DNA of 64,000 nt from Priapulus caudatus (Eukaryota): NCBI RefSeq assembly GCF_000485595.1, contig NW_014577086.1, forward strand, positions 1 to 64,000, in the 5' to 3' direction. Of this stretch, positions 1-11,300 are shown piece after piece. Below the pieces are notes generated by a model. That model saw nothing but the letters and a program-made list of their open reading frames with translations, had not been told where the DNA came from and did no database searches. Numbering within the stretch: position 1 is the stretch's first letter; each line of letters opens with the position of its first letter. The position numbers and the translations under genes were made by a program.

Positions 1-232
1 GCACGTAGCACCTGCGTGCATGCGTGCGTGCGTACGTGCGTGGGCGTGTGGGCAGCGTAGCACGGGCGTGCACTGCGTGGCGTGGCGTGGCGTGGTCGCA
101 CGTCACGTGCCGTTGCATGCGTGGCGTGCTGTGCGTGTGCACGTGAGGCGTGGGTGCATGAGTGTGTGGCGTGGCGTGTCAGTACCGTGCGTGCGTGCGT
201 GGCGTGCGTGGTGTACGTACATGCGTAGCTAG
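1..232. repeat. degenerate (GCGT)n/(GTGC)n microsatellite
   Basis: Tandem tgcgtgcg-type units visible directly. Confidence 0.8.
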
Positions 233-399
233 CTGTTGCGGCGGCCTATCGTGGAGTTATGTACGTATTCGCTAACTCGAGTTAGACGTCTAGTAACGGG
301 GCCTTAACTGCGAGTTAAGGTAAACTCGAGTTACATAACTCGAGTTAGGGGCGTATAGACGCTTAACTCGAGTTAAACTTTCGTCGTGTAGACGAGGCT

Positions 400-1187
400 C
401 ACGGGGCGCCATGCGGAATCAGGGCTCAATTTTTGTCAACAAAATCCCATTTTTGTAGCCTATAAGACTTGACAAATAAATGAGTTTGTGGGAGGCAAAA
501 ACTGGCAATTTTGTCTAACAAAAACTCAATTCTTGTCTCACATAAAAAAAAAATAAACTCATTTTGTCGCTCACAAAAGTCTAATTTTGTGAACACAAAA
601 CTCATTCTGTCATGCCTGTCAAAAAGCTCCAATTCTGTCAATCCTGTCGGCCACAAAACTCAATTTTGCTGAACACAAAACTCCATTCTGTCATCCTGTC
701 GCCACAAATCAATTTTGTAACACAAAACTCGAATTCTGTAATCCTGTTCGCAACAAAACTCAATTTTGTCAGCCTCATTTGCATTTTATTTTTTCGGTTT
801 TTGTGGGGCCCAAATATGGCACACGCATGTAAGAAGGGCTACCATTGCTCAGAAACTGGGCTGGAAAAATGTGTCACGGTCGCCATCTTGTTTCTTTAAC
901 TTAGTGACCCATGTGAAACAGGATTGACAGAATTGAGTTTTGTGTTCACAAAATTGAGTTTTGTGGGACAGGATTGACAGAATTGAGTTTTGTGGGACAG
1001 GATTGATAGAATTAAGTTTTGTGTTCACAAAATTGACTTTTGTGAGACAGAATTGAGTTTTGTGCACAAAAGTGAGTTTTGTGAGACAGAATTGAGTTTT
1101 GTTAGACAAAATTGAGTTTTGTTCCACAAAACTCATATTTGTCAAGTTTATAGGTACAAAAATGCCTGTCCTGCATGGCGCCCCGTA
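400..1187. mobile_element. non-autonomous TIR element (IS3EU-like MITE) with inverted arrays of ~20-bp subrepeats
   Basis: Ends cacggggcgccatgc (400) and gcatggcgccccgta (1187); 6-bp TSD gaggct at 394-399 and 1188-1193; caaaactcaattttgt-type repeats in the left half and their reverse complement in the right half. TAYGG termini plus a 6-bp TSD fit IS3EU. Confidence 0.75.
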
Positions 1188-1225
1188 GAGGCTTCAGTAA
1201 CTTATCAACAGTAACAGTATCTTGC

Positions 1226-1713
1226 CTATTTAACACGTAGTAGCAAATGTAATTTTCTTAGCTTCTCTGGGTGATATCTGGCGAATATATTTACCATCTG
1301 GTTCATATCAATGTTTACATCATAATGGATATGCATCATGGCTAGTGCTGAGAGGCGAGGCTCTGACATGGACGCTCTCAGGTAGGTACGCAACCTCCGC
1401 AGCACGCTGAAGCTCCGCTCACACTTTGAGCTCGTGACTGGCATGGTTGCCCCGATCCGCAGCAATTCGTGCACATTCGGATAGAGCTGTCTATCACATA
1501 GTTTTAAGGTGCTGACCAATGTTTTGGTGCGGTCCACATGCCCGATGCGCATGTTGTAATTACGCCACATCGTCACCTCGATTTGGAGTACTTCTGCACT
1601 GGCTAGATCCTGCTCATAGAACTGAGCCAGCTCTGCAACATCTGGGGTAGTATCTAAACTACACAACACTGATGGAACAAGAAAATGGAGTTTCTTGACC
1701 ACACTGGAGAAGC
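1226..1713 (-). CDS. hAT transposase last exon (C-terminal dimerisation domain)
   Basis: YPNVHELLRIGATMPVTSSKCERSFSVLRRLRTYLRASMSEPRLSALAMMHIH; acceptor ttgtacag with AG at 1714-1715. Confidence 0.9.
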
Positions 1714-1867
1714 CTGTACAATAAAAACGAGAATTTTTTTCCCCTAAATGACGAAAAAGGTGTTTTACAAAATGATTAACAAGCCGCAGCATATCATCTC
1801 CACAAAACTTCTGCTGTTCAGAGTTACAATTAACTTTCAGGTAATGTGCAAATATTTTGATACCATG

Positions 1868-3572
1868 TGTGCGTTGTGAGCGTGTGTTTTGGTACGCCCA
1901 TTTATTCGGAGGCTGTAGTGTTGTTCTGTACATGACTTACTCTGTATAGTGCTGTCGCCTGGTGTTATAGTGTAGTAAAGCTATGGGGGGATTGAGGATA
2001 AACCCTTTGTTTTGGATTTGCGCGGGAAAGAAGGGTTGACATTTTTGTCGCAGAGGGAATCTGGACAAGCGATTCTCGTGTGAGTGCAGATGTGGATTTA
2101 GTAAGTTTACTAATACATGTTTAATTATTGACTTGCTATATCATGGATGATTTTTAAGAACATCCTATTGAATTTGTTTTGGGAATTGTAACCGAGGGCT
2201 AGTACGTGTTAATAGCAGTGTATTGTGGAGACAATATAAATATTCTTCAGCAGTTAGTTTTCGTTATGTGTGTGTGTAGGGGATTACCCTGCTTAACAGG
2301 ATGTGAGTTGATCGGGTCTTTGTTTGTCCGGTTGAGGGTGGAAGTTGCTATTAATAGCTTGCCTTCCTGGTTACTATATATATGAGTGAGGAAAGTTCAG
2401 CTGCAGAGTAATATTATTATTAAATATTATCGTTAAGAATGGCTGCCATTTAGGTTCAAGGATAGAGAACATAGGTCCCAATTAGGATTAGGGTTAGGGT
2501 TAGGGTTAGGATTAGAGTTAGGGCTAGGGTTAGGGTTAGAATTAGGGTTAGGGTTAGGGTTAGGAACATTGGTTTTATTGGGACCCATGTTCTCTATCCT
2601 TGGGCCGTTATTTAGATATAGCTGGCTGTTGTTAAATATTACTGTTAAGAGCGGTTATTATTAGTAAATGTCAAGAGCGAGTTGATATGTAGTGTGGGAT
2701 GGCATGGTGCTTTATGTCACATGTATGAGGTCTGTTAACCCATTAGGGGCCGTGACATAAGTAGGGGGATGTGCGCTGTGGCATGTAGACTGTATAAGTT
2801 GTATTGTTAAGTGTGCAACTGTGTTCAAGGATCTGATAGTGATATTGATAAGTATGTTCCCGTGGATGTGAGTTATTATGGGGCATTCACTTTATGCGGC
2901 GAACAGTGTTTGGTTTAGTTCATGTAAGCATCCTGACAGATTTATTACATGAGTGTTTACTGCATAAAGAGGGGGAGATGCTCTCAGTAGTCATTATTAT
3001 GTATGTTAGTAGCATAGTTATTTGAAAAGAGTGACTTCGTTGAGTTAGTGTTGTGAGTTTGCGGTAAAGTGTTCGCATGAGGTGTCACGTGTTTATTGTT
3101 ATTATTCTGCAGTGACACGCAGGTGATGCTGAGCCGGTGTATGTCGTGGCAGTGAACGTGGCACTACCGGAGTAGTGTTCTGCAGGGGTAAGCGGATAGG
3201 TCCCCACAGCAGGGGACAATGCTTGTGTTATATTGTGTTATAATGTGTTATATTGTGTTATAATGTGTTACATTGTGTTATAATGTGTTATATTGGATTA
3301 TAATGGTGGATAATGTTGAGTTTATGTATTTGGCCTATATACTGCTCATATGCTATGTTACATTTAAACTTAAGGTGTGTATCATTGTTCATATGTTCAT
3401 TGTTCATTGTTGATATGTTGCAGGGTCGCCTGCACAGTCGTAACTACGTCGTTTGTGTGATGTGGTTACACGGTCGTTGGTGACATTTTGCTTGTTGTAA
3501 ATTGAATAAACTCTTAAGTCACTGTCATCCGAGTGTTGTGTTTTGGTGTGCGTGCACGAATAACGCCCCACA
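1868..3572 (+). repeat. 5' LTR
   Basis: Highly similar to 15237-16703; ends gccccaca; AATAAA near 3505; internal 10-bp tandem tgtgttata(t/a). Confidence 0.9.
2453..2606. mobile_element. MITE carrying a (TTAGGG)n telomere-type array, inserted in the 5' LTR
   Basis: ~28-bp TIRs ggttcaaggatagagaacataggtccca / tgggacccatgttctctatccttgggcc; imperfect 8-bp TSD gccattta/gttattta; the empty site is visible in the 3' LTR (~15805-15820). Confidence 0.85.
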
Positions 3573-3578
3573 TAGATT

Positions 3579-3596
3579 TGGTGTCAGAAGTGAGAT
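3579..3596 (+). promoter_or_regulatory. primer binding site complementary to the 3' end of tRNA-Leu
   Basis: tggtgtcagaagtgagat, 6 nt after the 5' LTR, resembles TGGTGTCAGAAGTGGGAT (complement of the tRNA-Leu acceptor end). Confidence 0.8.
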
Positions 3597-4164
3597 GGCG
3601 GTTGGCTGAGTTGTTCATGTGACATAGTAGCAGGCGTGGCTTGTGAGGCCTAAGTACACGACCAAAGCGACCTCCAGCAGAGCTGAAGAAGGCGCCGAGT
3701 CTGACGTCGACAGAGGGCGCCGATCATGACAAGATAGGACCGTTGAGGGTACCACCATTGCAGGGAGTGGTGTGGACATCCGAGAGGCTAAGTGACGTGG
3801 AAAAGTCGAGAGCGGAACGAGCCTGGGGAAGTCAGCTGGGGACAGAGCGCCGGCGACGAGGACTGCAGAGGCGTCCCTAAGTAGCGTTCCTGAATGCGCG
3901 AATGTTTAAATGTACAGAGAGACGTGTGCGGTAATTTGCACACAATGTCATATTCACTGGTGTGGTAATTTGCACTGTGTTTTCTTGTGTTGAGCTCGTG
4001 CGGTAATAGGCACGGTCTGCGAACTTGTTGAAGGGTAGATGTGTTGTAAGCTGGCTTGTAGGGTGAGTAGGTCTCTACACTTCTCCCTCCACTGAAAGTG
4101 AGGAGGGCCCTTGTGACTCTTTTTGGTGACTTTTTGCCTGGCATAACTGAGTGTGATTGGGTGA

Positions 4165-5093
4165 GTGATCTATGTGACCCGGGTTGTTGCCGACGCTATG
4201 CCAGGGGAAGATGTGCAGGAGCGCCTGGCCCAGGCGGAGAAAGACCGTGCCGAGCTTGCGGCTTTGCAGCAGCAGCTGGAGCGCCGGGATGAGGAGGTGG
4301 AGCGGCAGCGCAGTGAGGCTGCGAAACTGCGACAGGACTTGGATGAGGCGCAGACCCGCTTTAAAGTGGTACGCGACCTGAAGACGTCTNNNNNNNNNNA
4401 TCCTTTCAAGCGCACGCCAGCCAGCATTTACGCAGTACTACAGAGGACCTTTGGGAGGTCTATCTCTCTCAGGAAGGTCCTGGGAAATTTTACGGGCGGA
4501 CCCAAAAGAGTGCGGAGTCGCTGCTCGAGTTCTCCCTGGCGCTGCGCAGCCTCCTGCACAAGTCAGAGGGCGAGGTCGACAAGGTGCGCCTCCTTGAACA
4601 GTTTGCAGAGGGAGTCTTTGACCAGGGGTTGCAACGGAAACTGCGGAGAGTGTGCGCAGAGCAAAGCATGGGGGATCTTAGTGAGCTCCGGGAGTGGGCG
4701 GTAGGATGGCTGGGGGGCGACGACGCCAGGCCGAGAGGTGCCGGAGTTAAGGCATTATCCTCCACTGTTGACTCACCCGAGGCATCTAGCCCGGCAGTAC
4801 CAGAATGGAGGCGTGAGTTAGACGAGCTCAAGCAGATGGTACGGGAAATCGCTGTCACCCGTGGCCAAGACAGAGATCGGGGAGCAGAAGCTCGAGCTGG
4901 GCCCACCGACTCGAGGAGGTGCTACCAGTGCCACCGCACTGGTCACTTCAGGGCAGAGTGCCCTGAGAGGCGTCCCCAACGCAAAGGAAGGTGTTACGAG
5001 TGTGGTTCACCCGATCACTACCGAAACGACTGCCCTAAGCTGAGTGACCATTCCAGGAAAAAACCGGGAAACGACGACCCCCTACAGTGCTGA
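4165..5093 (+). pseudogene. gag: Gypsy gag with two CCHC zinc knuckles (broken by a gap/frameshift)
   Basis: Coiled-coil N-terminus; CYQCHRTGHFRAEC and CYECGSPDHYRNDC; N-gap at 4390-4399. Confidence 0.85.
5066..5072 (+). promoter_or_regulatory. putative -1 ribosomal frameshift slippery site GGGAAAC
   Basis: G GGA AAC in the gag frame shortly before the gag stop; pol ORF 5087 lies in the -1 frame. Confidence 0.65.
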
Positions 5094-8000
5094 GCCGTGC
5101 GGTAGGAGGGGCCACTAATGGCTCGGGAATCACTAATCAAACCAGGTTTGAGGAGCGGGGCATGGCGCCCTGCCCGGAGGCTGAGGTGAAGATTGGCGGT
5201 GTGGGAGTGAGGTGTTTGCTGGACAGCGGTTCGCAGGTGTCACTCATTACCGAGAGCTTTTTCAGGAGGCGGTTTGGCCTGGCGGGAGAGCTAGTTGATC
5301 TGCCGTGGCTTCGGGTTAGGGCGGCCAATGGCCTGGAAGTTCCCTACTTGGGATACATCGAACTGGATGTCGAGGCCTATGGACAGGTGTTTCCGCAGAT
5401 GGGGTTTTTGGTGTCTCGCGACCCTACCTCACCTGAGGAACGGAAGCGACTGGAGAGATTGCCGGGGATCATTGGTTGCAATATCCTGCAACGTATGCCC
5501 TGTGAGATTGATAGTGCAGGGAAGTGGCGGAGTGGTGCTGGGTCTGTCTCTGAGAGGCGGAGTTGTATGCAGGCGCTGAGCAGCCATGAGCAGGCTGCGG
5601 TCAGCAGTGCGCGTGCTGAGAGGACGCCGCCAGCTGCTTTTGTTTGGGTTGCCAGAGCTAGTGTTGTACGCCTTGCAGCTAGAAGCATCAGGGTGGTGTC
5701 TTTGATCACCCGGGGGGGGTGTAGCCAGCTATGAGGGCGTAGTGGAGCCGTTGGGTGTAGATAGCGGTGGCTTGCCCAGGAATGTGATGCTGTTGCCAAC
5801 CCGGTATCATGTCAGGGCGAGGCACGTGGAAGCGGCAATCGCTAATCTGAGCGAGGAGGAAGTTGTGTTAAACCCTAAATCAAGGGTGGGTCAAGTCCGT
5901 GGAGCATCTGCGGTGAATAAAGTTGTAACCGTGAGGACTACGTCATCAGAGATAATCTTGGGGGGGCAGGATGAAAACCGTGATGACGTCACAGAGTTGA
6001 TGAGTCAGCTCGACTGTGGTGCTGCGGAGTTAAACGCGGTACAACGCGAAAAGCTGGAAGAGATGCTTCGGAGGTATCGTTCGGTGTTTCTGATGGGAAA
6101 TGAGGATCTGGGATACTGCGATCGGATCAACCACACCATCAAAACAGAGGATGACGTCTCCATACGTCTCCCCCATCGGAGGATACCCCCGAATCTTCAG
6201 CCTGAGGTGAAGCGTCACCTGGAGGGCTGGGTGGAAAAGGGGATCATTCGCCCAAGTTCCAGCCCGTACGCCTTCCAGCTGGTGATGGCAAGGAAGAAGG
6301 ACCAGAGACTGAGGCTGTGTGTGGACTTCAGGCTGTTGAACAAGAAGACGCTGCGGAATGCGTACCCCCTACCCAGAGTGGAAGAGGTGCTTGAGGCACT
6401 GAAGGTGGCGAAGTAGTTCAGTTCGATGGATTTGGCATCAAGACACCTGCAGTGTGCTATGGATGAAAAGGACATCCCGAAGACAGCATTCAGGGCAGGA
6501 ACTGGAGGCCTGTGAAACTTCACACGAATGCCCTTTGGCCTGGTGAAAGCGGCGTCCACATTTCAGCGACTGATGGAGCTGTGCCTGGGCGACGAGGCAT
6601 ATGAGATACTGCTCCTGTACCAGGACGACATCATGGTTTATGCGGCCTCAGTTGATGACATGATTGAGCGGGTGGGCCTGGTGCTGCAGCGGTTGGAGTC
6701 CTTTGGCCTAAAGGTTAAGCCCAGTAAGTGCCACCTGTTCCGTCGCGAGGCTGCATTCTTGGGTCACGTGGTGTCGGAGGAAGGTGTAGCTACAGATTCG
6801 GAGAAGATAAAGGCAGTCGCCGAGTGGGCAGTACCGACGAATAAGAGTGAACTAAGATCGTTCATGGGCCTGGCCTCGTATTACCGGAGGTTTGTGATCG
6901 GGTTTGCAGGTATTGCCGCCCCCCTTCATGCCCTTATGGGGAAGCCGACGACGTCCAAGAAGAAGAAGAAGAGAGTACCAGTGCCGGGAAAAATGGGCGG
7001 AGCTTCTCTGAGTGTTGGGATAAGAATCGTCAGATGGCGTTTGACAAGATCAAGGAGTTAATCACCACTGCGCCAATCCCGGGTTATCCGGACTTCAGTC
7101 TGCCCTTCAGGGTGGAAACCGATGCTAGCTTCAGATGGCTCGGGGCTGTGTTGTCCCAGGAAGAGCAGGGAAAGCAGAGGGTGATCTGCTATGCAAGCAG
7201 GTCACTGAAAGCCCGCGGAGCGGAATGACCAGAATTACAGCAGCACGAAGCTGGAGCTACTAGCCTTGAAGTGGGCGGTGACCGACAAGTTCCGAGAGTA
7301 TCTGTTGGGTCGAGGTTTGTCGTCTATACCGATAACAACCCGCTGGCTTATCTCCAGACCAGCAAGAAGTTAGGAGCTACAGAGGCCAGGTGGGCAGCCC
7401 AGCTGGCCCAGTTGAATTTCGAAGTGAAATACCGTTCGGGGCGATCCAACGCCAACGCAGATGCTCTCAGCAGGAAAACCGTCCACAGCGAGGAGGTGTT
7501 TGCAGCATTAGTGCCGCGGGGGAACAGGGCGTCACCCCTCCCGGTGGCACTGAAAAGCGCTGCCTGTGACTACCAGCATGTGGTGAGAGATTCAGAGGTA
7601 GGCATATAGGACACGAGGTCCAGCGGTAACCACGCTACCTTCGTTGGCGCCCGAAGAGTTACGGAATCTCCAGAGGAAAGACCCGTCACAGGGGAGACTC
7701 GGGGCACTGTGGGTCCAGAGACAGAGACCATCCAGGAGGCAGGTTGGGAGGGAATCCAAGGATGTGCGCAAGCTGTTGGGGCAGTGGAGACGCCTAGAAG
7801 AAAGAGAGGTGGAGTGCTGTACCGTTGTGTCCAGGGGGACGGGCAGCCACTGGAGCAGCTCCTTCTGCCTTAATGCTTGAAGAAGCAAGTTTTGGAACAA
7901 CTTCATGATGCGGCAGGACACTAAGGTGTCGAGCGCATGCTTGCGCTGGTGTGGAAACGGTGCTACTGGCCGGGCATGGCAGTCGAGACGCACCACTGGT

Positions 8001-8331
8001 GTCGAGACTGAACGGTGCCAGATGGCTAAGGCACCAGCGCAGAAGGTGCAACCCATCATGGGAAGTTTGTTGGCGAAGAGGCCAATGGAAGTGTTGTCGG
8101 TCAACTTTACGACCCTAGACAAGGCCAGTGATGGACGAGAAAATGTGCTGGTGATGACGGACGTCTTCACCAAGTTCGTCCAGGCGGTCCCCACCAGGGA
8201 CCAGAAGGCAAGGACCGTGGCCAAGGTCTTAGTGAAGGACTGGTTTGTGCGATACGGGGTCCCAACGAGGGTCCACAGTGATCAGGGGCGCAACTTCGAA
8301 AGTGCCCTGATCCGGGAGCTATGTGCCGTCT
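5087..8331 (+). pseudogene. pol: Gypsy pol, 5' part (protease, RT, RNase H, N-terminal integrase)
   Basis: LLDSGSQ protease; LRLCVDFRLLN, MPFGL and YQDD (YxDD) RT; VETDAS and YTDNNPL RNase H; VHSDQGRNFES integrase; several stops and frameshifts. Confidence 0.92.
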
Positions 8332-11300
8332 GCGAATTTACAATTCCCAAACAGGATTGCCATAGCAAATATTTCTAGTCTTCTGATTGGTCACTCGCAG
8401 TTGGTATAGGAAACATTTCTAGCCTTCTGATTGGTCAATCGCAGTTGGTATTTTACATATGCACGTGGAGCGTTTGTTGACAAATATTTCTGAGTTTGCA
8501 CGTGAACAGTTGAAGCGAGGTTCGAATCCTACTAAGGGTTATTTTTTGAAAACTTTTCGCTAGGGAGGTACTTCTGCGACACAGTGACATCAATACGACC
8601 ATTCGCAAGGTTAGTCAACCGCCTCTCATAGTAACTTGTCATCCTAGTCAGCAAAAAATCTAGCAACTGCACTACATTGTATGCTCCAACTCGTTCAAAT
8701 ACTTTGTCCTTCAAGATGCGCATGGCCGCCTCAGCGTAATTGTTTGTATTATTGCCTCTGATGGGTAATTCTTCCCTATAACATAGGGCCCATTCTGCAC
8801 GACGGTCATACAAATGCTCGCAATGTTGGATGTACTTCGGGTACATTTCTGCCACATCACTGTTTGTTAGTTCGGTGTAGGCTGCTTCTAGTACCTCCTT
8901 TGAGGTGGCGTACGTCATNCTAAAAACTTGTGGGCTACCATTGACATAAATCTCATTTTCAGCACACACTCAATAACTTTTCCATGTTCTACCACTTAGA
9001 AGACTTGTTTCTTCCAATATTTTCATTGTTTGTGACGCACTGACTGAGAGAATGGGGAGCTTTTCTTGGCTTTTTCTTTGGCATCAACTGACAAGTGTCC
9101 TTCATCATGCATTTGCGCGATTCGCAAACACCATTCACCTTGCAACCGGTTTGGAGGCATCTGCGATCCCCAAGGAAATGTGTCCGGCGACTCACAGCAG
9201 CAGGCTGCAGCCCAATGGCGGTACCCCTTTTTCGGTTAAGTCTCTTCTTTCTGGCCTCAGTTAGGGACAAACTTGCACCTGTGTACTTTCCAAAGGTTTT
9301 TAATGCACTTACAAGAGCTGTATTAGTCTTGAGGGAATTGTATTGAGTTACAAATGTTTCTATTGGTCCAATGAGTTCTTCTGGATTGTCTCGCAGAACA
9401 GACACAATATTTCTAGTGCACTCCATGAGTGCCGATTCCAGTGAAGCAACCTTTTCACTCTCACCATTTGCCTCAGTAACCGTTCTTACCTGTTCCATAC
9501 TCATGCTGTTATTATTCCGGTCGTTGAACTTGTTTTGCAGCTGTCTCTGCAAATTTAGTGAGTGTACACTGGTACTGGTCGACATACTGGTACCAGGAGC
9601 ATCGCTAAGTGGCACATCCATCTCATCATCACTTAAGGGCAAAACATTGTCACACGAATCAACAGCATTGTCCTCTTCAAGTTCTACTGGTTTATGATTG
9701 ACACCTCCTGTAAGGCTGGTAAACCAACCAGGACGGACATTTTCCATTCCTGTAGCAAGTACAGCAAGTGTTGACGCATCACTGTATCATTGAGGGGAAG
9801 AAAATTCAACGATGAGACATTGAAATGGCGGACAACAGCATATTGGTGCTTGCAAGGTGCACCATTGATACCAGCACAGCTAGTGCACAGTGAAATTGAC
9901 ATGTCAATGTATTAAGTCACATCCTCTTTTAATTGACTTCTGCATTCGAAGGTATCAGGACCAGTTTTTTTCACCATCTCTTTTGGGATGACAGCACCGC
10001 TAGGGAGGTACTTCTGCGACACAGTGACATCAATACGACCATTCGCAAGGTTAGTCAACCGCCTCTCATAGTAACTTGTCATCCTAGTCAGCAATAAATC
10101 TAGCAACTGCACTACATTGTATGCTCCAACTCGTTCAAATACTTTGTCCTTCAAGATGCGCATGGCCGCCTCAGCGTAATTGTTTGTATTATTGCCTCTG
10201 ATGGGTAATTCTTTCCTATAACATAGGGCCCATTCTGCACGACGGTCATACAAATGCTCGCAATGTTGGATGTACTTTGGGTACATTTCTGCCACATCAC
10301 TGTTTGTTAGTTCGGTGTAGGCTGCTTCTAGTGCCTCCTTTGAGGTGGCGTACGTCATGGTTTTGACAAGAAATAGCAATAGAATAGGACATGTTCCTTT
10401 TGGATGCTATTTTTCGCCTCCCACAAGAATCTCCAAATGGCCTGGAGAAGATGGAACACACACAATATCAATGTTGCTTGCGGGAAGACATCACGAAGAC
10501 TACTCCTTTCTGCATTACTGTCGTCAGATATGAACACTAGAGGGCCCAATGTTCCACGCCCATAAAATGCATCTTTTAGGAGCAATGCCTAGAAACAGTT
10601 TTAGTGCAGCAGTGATGTACTCCCGTGTTTCTGACGTCGTAATCAGACACCCCAAAGGCAATCTTCCAGCTGAACTATGCGTCAAAAGCATAAAAATGCG
10701 GCAATCATACCTGTCCATACCCCCCGAAGCGTCAATAAACACTAGTTCGCCACTGTATTCATGCTTTTGATGAATTCGTTTCATCAATGGTGTGCAAATT
10801 GCGATTACAAGCTTATTGTCTATCTGTTCTAATTTGGCACACTCCTCGCCCTGCTCCGCATTGTATGACTTGATGGCACCCTCTAAGTCCATGATCATCT
10901 TTTCACCAGATGAAGCTCCATAGCTTTTCTTGAAAATCTTTTCGTACAAGCTGGAATGGAATATAAGAACAATACTGATCATTCACAACAGCATTCCCAA
11001 AATTTTCAACAAAGTCCACACTCACTCATTGTTCACTCCAATTCATCACAGCACATGTACTGGGCTCCAGTTCCCACAGCTTTCATTTTTATTTTATTTG
11101 TGTGTGTGTGTGTGATAACAAATGATTTGTATCAAAAAAATTTCAATAAAAATTCCCAAGTTCGTTAGATCAGTGATACTAGCTACTACATACGTTATCA
11201 CTCAGCCATAAATCTCAGAATCTTGCCAAACAACTCACTAACAGATCACTATGACATGGAGTACTGTAACTGTAACTCGTGTAAATTGCACAACACGGTT

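Noticed and set aside
1..1225. Terminal inverted repeat and 8-bp TSD of the hAT element
   Set aside because: I could not identify matching ends on either side within the window.
2483..2565. Chromosome end or telomere fusion site
   Set aside because: The array is short, bounded by TIRs and absent from the sister LTR; a MITE explains it.
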